Part shown: piece after piece, positions 17,069 through 24,075 of the stretch
Layout: the number at the start of each line of letters is the position of its first letter
Numbering within the stretch: position 1 is the first letter of the stretch
Source: a virus
Lineage: Duplodnaviria; Caudoviricetes
DNA: 24,075 bases
Virus record (IMG/VR): IMGVR_UViG_3300027740_000017
Coordinates: 1-24,075 of that record
Direction: 5' to 3' (one strand)
Program-made: the position numbers and the translations under genes
Notes under the pieces: generated by a model
The model's input: the letters and a program-made list of their open reading frames with translations, nothing else
What the model was told of the DNA's origin: nothing
The model's database searches: none

Positions 17069-17638
17069 ATGGCATGTATAACAGAAATAAGTAGAAATAT
17101 ACTTTCTGACTGCTCAACAATCGGAGTGGGCGGTCTGGAAGTTCGTGCATGGATTTTCAACAGGAGACATATAGCTACAATAACTTATGACACTCCGACA
17201 AATCCATCAAAGATAACTGCATTAACCTTATCAGGTGGAGACGCTTATACGATTACGGGCACAAAGAAATCATTAAACTGTGGTTCTGATCGTGTTGTAG
17301 CTGATGAAATGCCTGATAAATTCACTCATTATTTCAATTTCAAAGCTTATGAGTTTGCTTCAGCAGACGTTGAAAACCTTGATGCCTTAAATGATGTTGT
17401 TGTTGTGGTGGAAAGTAAAGATAAGGATTCTGGTGGCGATGGGACTTTTAGGGCTTTCGGTATCCTTTACGGATTATATCCATCTACTGATACCATGAGA
17501 GCAAATGATTTGAGTGGAGCGAGAAATTTAGAACTGACTTCTTTAAGCGGTCAGGAAGAAAAATACTCGCAGTACACAGTTGATGCAGGTGACTATGAGG
17601 ATACTATTGCATTGTTAGACGGATTATTAGGAACTTAA
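17069..17638 (+). CDS. major tail (tube)-like protein, paralog A
   Basis: 189 aa with an MAC...DC....GG start and FG..YGL motif. About 65% identical to the next gene by manual alignment. Confidence 0.6.
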   Translation: MACITEISRNILSDCSTIGVGGLEVRAWIFNRRHIATITYDTPTNPSKITALTLSGGDAYTITGTKKSLNCGSDRVVADEMPDKFTHYFNFKAYEFASADVENLDALNDVVVVVESKDKDSGGDGTFRAFGILYGLYPSTDTMRANDLSGARNLELTSLSGQEEKYSQYTVDAGDYEDTIALLDGLLGT

Positions 17639-17650
17639 AAACTTAGGATT

Positions 17651-18223
17651 ATGGCTTGTACAGTAAATATAGCAAAAAACATTACCTCTGATTGTTCGAC
17701 AATTGGAGTGGGTGGCCTTGAGACTAAGGTATGGATAATGAACCGGACAAATATTGCATCGTATACAGTTGGTGCTACACCTTCAAAGATTACTGCAATT
17801 GCAATGAAATCAACTAAGAGGGCGTGGACAATTACGGGGACAAAAAAAGCATTGAATTGTGGTTTTGATCGGGTCGTTTCGGACGACATGCCGGATAAGT
17901 TTACACATTATTTTAATTTCAAAGCTTATCAATTTACGGCATCTGATGTAGAAAATTTGGACGCTCTCAATGATGTGGTTGTTGTTGTTGAATCAAAAGA
18001 TAAAGCAACTGATGCTGATGGAGTGTACAGGATTTTTGGATTAGAATTTGGATTATATCCATCTACAGACACAGTCAGGGCAAACGATGCAAGCGGGGCA
18101 AGAAATATTGAACTAACTTCATTAAGTGGTCAGGAAGAAACACAGAGCCAGTATAATTTTGACACTGGTACTAATGCCCAAACTCTTGCTGCTTTGGTAT
18201 TACTTGAAACACCTGCCGTATAA
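17651..18223 (+). CDS. major tail (tube)-like protein, paralog B
   Basis: 190-aa tandem duplicate of 17069..17638. Confidence 0.6.
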   Translation: MACTVNIAKNITSDCSTIGVGGLETKVWIMNRTNIASYTVGATPSKITAIAMKSTKRAWTITGTKKALNCGFDRVVSDDMPDKFTHYFNFKAYQFTASDVENLDALNDVVVVVESKDKATDADGVYRIFGLEFGLYPSTDTVRANDASGARNIELTSLSGQEETQSQYNFDTGTNAQTLAALVLLETPAV

Positions 18224-18723
18224 TGTTAGAATTAGTTTTAGGCGTATTAGATAAGAGTGTTGAGGAGGTTTTGACAGATGCCTCCTTAACACAAACTTTA
18301 AGAAATTGTTATTCTAAACTATATGCCAATGGTGCATTAGTGAAGGGTTGTAATGACTCATTACGAAAATACTACAGACAATTACAAATAGATGGAGAAA
18401 TGAAAGCAAAATTATTAGAAGATGCTAAAAACAGGACATGTAAACCAAACTGGCGTGGATTAATGTATGTTACAAAAATACATTCACATATTAACCCTGA
18501 CTTATTAGGAGACCAAATGGCTGAAATGTACTTAATGAATGGCATACTTCAAGAAAGCAATTTTGAAATACTTCCAAAAGGATATATTGAAAAGAAACTT
18601 TCGCAAAATAAACCAGTTGCAGAACCTGTTATTAATAAAGAAAAAATCGAACAGGAAATCAAAGAGGTTAAAGAAATTGTAAAACAGGTTTCAAAGAAAA
18701 AATCAAAGAAAACTAAAAAGTAA
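18223..18723 (+). CDS. hypothetical protein with Lys-rich C-terminus
   Basis: 166 aa, with a TAATG overlap. Confidence 0.7.
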   Translation: MLELVLGVLDKSVEEVLTDASLTQTLRNCYSKLYANGALVKGCNDSLRKYYRQLQIDGEMKAKLLEDAKNRTCKPNWRGLMYVTKIHSHINPDLLGDQMAEMYLMNGILQESNFEILPKGYIEKKLSQNKPVAEPVINKEKIEQEIKEVKEIVKQVSKKKSKKTKK

Positions 18724-19953
18724 ATGGGACAAAGATTACTGAATAGTGAAATAGATACAAGAATTAATATAAAACTTGACAAGTCTATAAAGTGGGACGG
18801 AGTAAATGGATTAATGACATTTGGTGAAGATAATGACTATCCTCAAATTATTGAAAAGCTTATCAATTCAAGTGTAACGGGGAAGGCTGCTGTAAATATC
18901 TATTCAAAATTTTTGACCGGACAAGGGTTTAGGAATAAAGCAATCAATGATATAGTAATAGGTAAGGATTCTAGAGGTAAAGAAATTACTATACTTTCCC
19001 TTTTGAGACAGACTTCTAATTCATGTGGTTATCATAATGGTTATTACTGGCATTTAAACCTAAATATGGATGGAGTCTTGAACGAAATCCATTTAAAACC
19101 CTTTAAAGATTGCCGCTTTGCGAAACCGGATGATATAAATTATTCCGCCAAAATTCTTGTTTACGATAATTGGACAAGTGAAAGTTATGATAAATATAAT
19201 AAAAAGGACGTTATAGATTACTACGTGTATAATCTGGAACCAAAAGTTTTAGAGGAACAATTTAAAATTAAAGGCGGAGCGGAAAATCACAAAGGACAAA
19301 TATATTTTCAATTCCTTGACAATGATTATTTTTACCCATTGAGCCCGTTTGATGCATGTTATCTTGATTTAGACAGTGAATCAAAAATAAGTTTATACAA
19401 GAACAGGCAGTTAAGGAATGGTTTTTTCGAAAAAATAGTGATGAGGGTTCAGCCTGCCGGTACAGAAGAAGAAAAGGAGGAGTTTAAAGAACAATTAAAA
19501 GCCCAGCTTGGTGTAGACGGAGACACTATCATATTGCTCGAAGATGACTTAAATCAGGACGGCGAAATAAATCAAAACGGGGCGTTCAGGATTGATACAA
19601 TTCCATCAAGTGTGAATGATAAATTATTTGAAAACTGGGAAAAATCTTTGCCAAACAATATACGTAAATCAGTAAAAGGAATACCGGCAATATTAATCGA
19701 CTATGAAGAAAATAGACTTGGAAATACAAGTGGAGAGGCAATCATACAGGCAGTGAATTTCTATAATGCCTTAACAAAAGACGATCGTGCTTTAATTTCA
19801 AATTCATTTCGTGAAATATTTTCACATCATGTAAATGAACAATTAAGGAATAATGTTGATTGGGAAATTGAACCTTTGAAATTAATAGATGTCCCTGAAC
19901 AACAAAATATAAATCAAAATGTTAATCAGTCTACTGGAACAACAAGCAATTAA
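18724..19953 (+). CDS. portal protein
   Basis: 409 aa with FGEDNDYPQ...L...S...A.....K...G.G, YYP-like YFYPL, NGFF and IP.IL motifs, consistent with Bacteroidota phage portals. Confidence 0.78.
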   Translation: MGQRLLNSEIDTRINIKLDKSIKWDGVNGLMTFGEDNDYPQIIEKLINSSVTGKAAVNIYSKFLTGQGFRNKAINDIVIGKDSRGKEITILSLLRQTSNSCGYHNGYYWHLNLNMDGVLNEIHLKPFKDCRFAKPDDINYSAKILVYDNWTSESYDKYNKKDVIDYYVYNLEPKVLEEQFKIKGGAENHKGQIYFQFLDNDYFYPLSPFDACYLDLDSESKISLYKNRQLRNGFFEKIVMRVQPAGTEEEKEEFKEQLKAQLGVDGDTIILLEDDLNQDGEINQNGAFRIDTIPSSVNDKLFENWEKSLPNNIRKSVKGIPAILIDYEENRLGNTSGEAIIQAVNFYNALTKDDRALISNSFREIFSHHVNEQLRNNVDWEIEPLKLIDVPEQQNINQNVNQSTGTTSN

Positions 19954-20461
19954 ACCGATTAGTCCAAACTGGGCTAATCACATAAAGGTAACCGGCGGAG
20001 TTACAAACTTCGTCCAATTAGCTACTGAGGTAGAAGTTAAAGAATTTCGTATCCTTTTAGGAATTGACTTTTATTCTGATTTAATTGCGAATCAGGCAGA
20101 GACAAGATATGTTAATTTGATTGAAGGTACATCATTTGTGAACTATAGAAATAATACTGTATCTTTTAATGGATTGAAATATATTTTAGCTTTCATGAAT
20201 TTTTCGAAATATGTCGGAGAATCTTTTGTATCTGACACTTTCACAGGTATGGTTAGGAAAAACAGGGATGAAAGCGAATCACTGTCAACGGGGGACATTA
20301 AAAGATTACAATTAGATGCAAGGGAAATTGCCTTGCAGGATTTTGAACTTATAAAAGAATTTTTAGACAAAAATAATACTATATACCCTCTTTGGAATTA
20401 TACTTATTCTAAAAAGGCATATATACCAAAATTTACAGGAATAAGAAAAACATTAACTTAA
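19919..20461 (+). CDS. putative head-tail adaptor
   Basis: Helical 180-aa protein after the portal, with LLG..FY..L, GLK..LA and T.TG.V.K motifs. Confidence 0.55.
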   Translation: MLISLLEQQAIKPISPNWANHIKVTGGVTNFVQLATEVEVKEFRILLGIDFYSDLIANQAETRYVNLIEGTSFVNYRNNTVSFNGLKYILAFMNFSKYVGESFVSDTFTGMVRKNRDESESLSTGDIKRLQLDAREIALQDFELIKEFLDKNNTIYPLWNYTYSKKAYIPKFTGIRKTLT

Positions 20462-20471
20462 AATTAAAGCA

Positions 20472-21467
20472 ATGAGAATAGTCGGTAAAAATTCGGCGGT
20501 TACAACAACCGAAGACATAATAAGTGCAGGTGGAACGCTTTCCATACCTACAACAGCACGAATACACGCAATTGTTTCTGCGAGTGCAGAAGATAATTAT
20601 GATGGAACATTACAGGCTGAGACTGCCGTAATAGTTGGAACATTAACAGGTTCAGGAGATGCAACCGTAACGGTTACAAGTGCATTGGTAACCGGTTCGC
20701 CTTTGGCCGTATCTGTGGCATTACTTGACGAGGATACAGCAGCAGAAGCGGCAGAAAAAATCAGGGATGAATTAAACGCAACGGCTGCAATTACAGCACA
20801 TTATTACGTAACTGGTGCAGATGAAAATGTAATATTAACTGCAAAGGTTGCTGCTGCAAACGATGCTACTTTAAATATTGCTTACACAAATGATACCTGT
20901 ACAGGATTAACACCTGATGCAACTTCAAATAATACTACTGCCGGAGTTGCTGGCACAGGTGCAAAAACTGTAAGGATTACAGGGATAGGATCAGGTAATC
21001 AATCAGTAACTGAGGATGTAAATCTTAACGGTACGTCAAGCGTTAATACAACCAAATCTTATAAGTTTATTAATGAGATGTTCGTATTGAGTGCAGGTTC
21101 AGGCGGAACAAATGCCGGAGCAATAACTGCAACCGCCGCAACCGATGCAACTGTAACAGCTACAATTGCGGCTGGTGCAAATATAACAAACCAGGCTTTC
21201 TTTATGGGTGATCAGTTTTCAAGTATTAAGAATGTTCGGTTGTCTGCAATTAATTCAACAGGTGGCGCAATCACTCAATTTAATTTGAAAACCAAAACTT
21301 TAACAGGTGTCTGGATTACAAAGCATACCGTTGAAATACTTGCAACCAGTGGGGTTGAAGAATTGCCAGGAGTAATTTTAGAACTATCAGATAATACCTT
21401 ATTCAAAGTTGATGCCGTGCCAAGTGCAGGATCATCTTCTTGTGTTGTTGTTTTTGATGCCGTTTAA
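20472..21467 (+). CDS. Thr/Ala/Gly-rich virion structural (decoration-like) protein
   Basis: 331-aa beta-rich protein with an apparent internal inserted domain. Confidence 0.55.
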   Translation: MRIVGKNSAVTTTEDIISAGGTLSIPTTARIHAIVSASAEDNYDGTLQAETAVIVGTLTGSGDATVTVTSALVTGSPLAVSVALLDEDTAAEAAEKIRDELNATAAITAHYYVTGADENVILTAKVAAANDATLNIAYTNDTCTGLTPDATSNNTTAGVAGTGAKTVRITGIGSGNQSVTEDVNLNGTSSVNTTKSYKFINEMFVLSAGSGGTNAGAITATAATDATVTATIAAGANITNQAFFMGDQFSSIKNVRLSAINSTGGAITQFNLKTKTLTGVWITKHTVEILATSGVEELPGVILELSDNTLFKVDAVPSAGSSSCVVVFDAV

Positions 21468-21471
21468 CCAC

Positions 21472-21499
21472 AAAGGGGGTTAATCCCCCTTTTTATTTT
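21472..21499 (+). terminator. rho-independent terminator
   Basis: AAAGGGGG-TTAAT-CCCCCTTT followed by TTATTTT, 4 nt after the stop. Confidence 0.85.
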
Positions 21500-21505
21500 A
21501 AGATT

Positions 21506-24075
21506 ATGCCAAAAGAATTATTTAACCAGTCTTTAGAAGGAACTGATTTTGACGACAATGATAGGATTGCAGTAGGAAAGCCAAACATTCCAAATGCAAA
21601 AAATATGCTTTGGAGTACATTCAAAACTTTGATTAATCCTATTGCCGGTAATGTTTGGGGCACAATAACAGGCACAATGTCAAACCAAACCGACTTACAA
21701 AATGCTTTAAATTTAAAATCAAATCTAAGGCCAACTACCGAAAAAACATCATTAGTTAATGCCGATGAAATTACCGGAAATGATTCTGAAAATTCATTTA
21801 GCCAGATTAGAACAACCTGGACAAACGTAAAAGTATTTCTTAAAACTTATTTTGATGGATTGTACCAAACCTTATCTAATCTAAGGACATCATGGCAAGT
21901 AACACCTGACGACACACACTATCCGTCTGAAAAATTAACAAAGGGTTCGCTCGATTTGAAAGCAAATCTTAGTGGTGCAGATTTCACGGGAATTGTTACT
22001 GTGAAAAATATTACAGGTTATACTGCAACAGAAAGCGCCGCCGGAACAACTGTACTTGATGTAAATTCAAATATCAAGCAAAGATTAACCGGGACAGCTA
22101 CCCACATTCATCAATTACCTGTTACTTCAACATTGACATTAGGCCGGGTATATGAATTTGTGAATGACTCTACAGGTATTTGGACAATAAATTCAAGCGG
22201 AGGAAATCTTGTTAATGCAATTGCAGCCGGAACCACAATCATAGTGATGTGTATTTCTTTGAGTGGGACGGGTGCAGCAAGTTGGAAGGTAATTAGTTTT
22301 GGTGGCGGAGGTGGTAGTGGTGCTGCAACATCCATAACCCAGGGTACCAACTATACTGAAGTTGGAGAATTACTTAACCACTCTTTCCCAGGATTTACGC
22401 TTGATGCTGCCGTGTTCTCTGGAAGTCTACCGACCGGAGCATCCATAAATAATAAACTTATAATTGCAAGTGGGCTTTCAAATTGGAGTAGGTTTATAAC
22501 AATGATCAAAAGTTATTTATATGAAAAAGAAGATTTATATTTTTATTTTAAAGCTGTAACAAAAAATAGTGGTGATGCTTGGGGTATTACTCAGACTACA
22601 TCTTTGGCTTATAATAATGCACCTATTTTCATTAAGGTTGACTTATATACAGGCATTGTTTCGTTTGGTTCAACATCGGCTGCAAATGAATATGGCTATA
22701 CAAGTGCGTTGACATTTAGCGCTGGCGATAATTTAAAATTAACATTTGAACGTAATCCCGGAAGGACTACAGTAATATTTGAAAACATAACAGATACATC
22801 ACAACCCAAAGCGTATGGAGAATTTGATTATGGAAAATGGGGTACATCTGGACTGTATAAACTTTGCTTTTTAGGAGGTGAACAGGAGTTTACAAATATT
22901 ACTATTAATTCAAGATGTAGGAATTATGGTTCAAATGACATGGGTATTGTTTTTCTTGGAGATAGTATTACACATGGCGGAGGTTCTACAAATATATCAT
23001 GTAGATGGACTGATGTATTAATGAAGGGTTCTACCCATTTGTTTGAAAATATTGGACTGGACGGATGGATGGCAAAAGATGTCAGTACAACAAAAGTCGC
23101 AGAGTGGTTAACAGGAATTAACTCCAAATATTTAATTATTAATTTTGGTTTTAACGATTGGGCGAACGACCAAACACATATAGACGTTGCAACTTATACA
23201 ACAAAAATGCAAGACATTGCTACAACTGCACAAGGTTTAGGATATACGGTTATTTTTGTTAGCCCATTTTTTGCCGATACGATTTATAATACAGCAATGG
23301 GAACCGCCGCAACAAATACAGGTTGTAAATTTATAAACATTATGTCAACCTGGATATTAAGTTCAGTTGTTAATCCATTGTATTATTATGACGGGGTGCA
23401 TCCTAATGATGCCGGACATTTACTAATTTCTAAGCAGATACTTCTAAATGCACCAGAATTAGTAACTGATAATCTTGTTGATTTATATAATTCAGATATA
23501 AAATTCAATGATTTGCCCTTTTCAAACAAGACTATCCCTATTGTTGGGATTGATGAGCATGGGCGAATCTTTAAGCTCGATTCATCGAATTATAAAAACA
23601 GAAACCATCCGACATTAAAACCTTATATATATCGCTATGATATTGGAAGCATTGCTATTTCAGGGGATATTGCTGTTAAGGGTAAAATATTAAACTTAAC
23701 CGATGGACAAGGATTAAGGCTTGGCTTTCATAACGGAGTTAATGATACAACGGGAAGTAATATAATGATATGTAATAACGGTGTTGGTGGTACTGGGTTT
23801 CCGCAGGCATTTCCAAATATTACAGGACTACGTAACTATTACTTAATGGCCTGGTCAGCTAAGGGCTCAGGAGGTAGTCCAACTATTTCAGGTAATGACA
23901 ATATAATTATTAATTCATTAATACCAAATCCCTATGCCGCCAATAATTCAACATTAATCAACTGCCAAACAGCAATCGGAACTGGTTCCGGTAATGTATT
24001 GATAGGTAGGCAGGCAGGATTAACATTAACTACTGGCGGCGGTGTTATTTGGATTCATAATTCGAACAATGCTGG
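21506..24075 (+). CDS. tail fibre/spike with SGNH/GDSL hydrolase domain (3' truncated, >856 aa)
   Basis: Translated by hand from ATG 21506 with no stop before the window end. Fibre modules WGTITGTMSNQTDLQNAL and TWTNVKVFLKTYFD, a GGGGGSG linker, and SGNH blocks FLGDSIT, NIGLDG, NFGFND and DGVHPN. Confidence 0.88.
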   Translation, partial: MPKELFNQSLEGTDFDDNDRIAVGKPNIPNAKNMLWSTFKTLINPIAGNVWGTITGTMSNQTDLQNALNLKSNLRPTTEKTSLVNADEITGNDSENSFSQIRTTWTNVKVFLKTYFDGLYQTLSNLRTSWQVTPDDTHYPSEKLTKGSLDLKANLSGADFTGIVTVKNITGYTATESAAGTTVLDVNSNIKQRLTGTATHIHQLPVTSTLTLGRVYEFVNDSTGIWTINSSGGNLVNAIAAGTTIIVMCISLSGTGAASWKVISFGGGGGSGAATSITQGTNYTEVGELLNHSFPGFTLDAAVFSGSLPTGASINNKLIIASGLSNWSRFITMIKSYLYEKEDLYFYFKAVTKNSGDAWGITQTTSLAYNNAPIFIKVDLYTGIVSFGSTSAANEYGYTSALTFSAGDNLKLTFERNPGRTTVIFENITDTSQPKAYGEFDYGKWGTSGLYKLCFLGGEQEFTNITINSRCRNYGSNDMGIVFLGDSITHGGGSTNISCRWTDVLMKGSTHLFENIGLDGWMAKDVSTTKVAEWLTGINSKYLIINFGFNDWANDQTHIDVATYTTKMQDIATTAQGLGYTVIFVSPFFADTIYNTAMGTAATNTGCKFINIMSTWILSSVVNPLYYYDGVHPNDAGHLLISKQILLNAPELVTDNLVDLYNSDIKFNDLPFSNKTIPIVGIDEHGRIFKLDSSNYKNRNHPTLKPYIYRYDIGSIAISGDIAVKGKILNLTDGQGLRLGFHNGVNDTTGSNIMICNNGVGGTGFPQAFPNITGLRNYYLMAWSAKGSGGSPTISGNDNIIINSLIPNPYAANNSTLINCQTAIGTGSGNVLIGRQAGLTLTTGGGVIWIHNSNNA

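Noticed and set aside
12338-18726. In-frame junctions hub/tape measure (TAA GGT ATG) and 18223 gene/portal (TAA ATG) as readthrough or alternative genetic code
   Set aside because: One third of junctions are in frame by chance. All genes read intact in code 11, with TAA, TGA and TAG all used as stops.
3570-23127. All minus-strand ORFs in the track (60-124 aa)
   Set aside because: They lie antisense to well-supported + strand genes and show no recognisable motifs, so they are shadow ORFs.
1-24075. CRISPR array, tRNA, DGR template/variable repeats, invertible fibre cassette
   Set aside because: No regularly spaced repeats, cloverleaf, reverse transcriptase, adenine-specific repeat pair or invertase was seen. 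The paralog differences are not adenine-specific.

Overview
AT-rich fragment of a tailed dsDNA phage or prophage, with every credible gene on the + strand. The host is probably Bacteroidota: TTG-N19-21-TAnnTTTG promoters are present and starts have AT-rich leaders without Shine-Dalgarno motifs. The window opens with the end of a DnaB/Twinkle-like helicase and small accessory genes, including a NinB-like ORF and a two-gene block bracketed by repeats resembling an integron cassette. Next come a holin-like gene, an ASCH / small ORF / PAPS-reductase-like / ParB-like module overlapping the small terminase gene, and the large terminase. The morphogenesis genes follow in an unusual order: tail genes and tape measure first, then ClpP-like prohead protease, major capsid, two tandem in-frame paralogous tail-tube-like genes, portal, adaptor and a decoration-like protein. 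A large fibre/spike gene carrying an SGNH esterase runs off the right edge and is missing from the ORF track. No tail sheath, endolysin, integrase, tRNA or CRISPR array was seen. All assignments come from motifs recognised by eye, without database searches.
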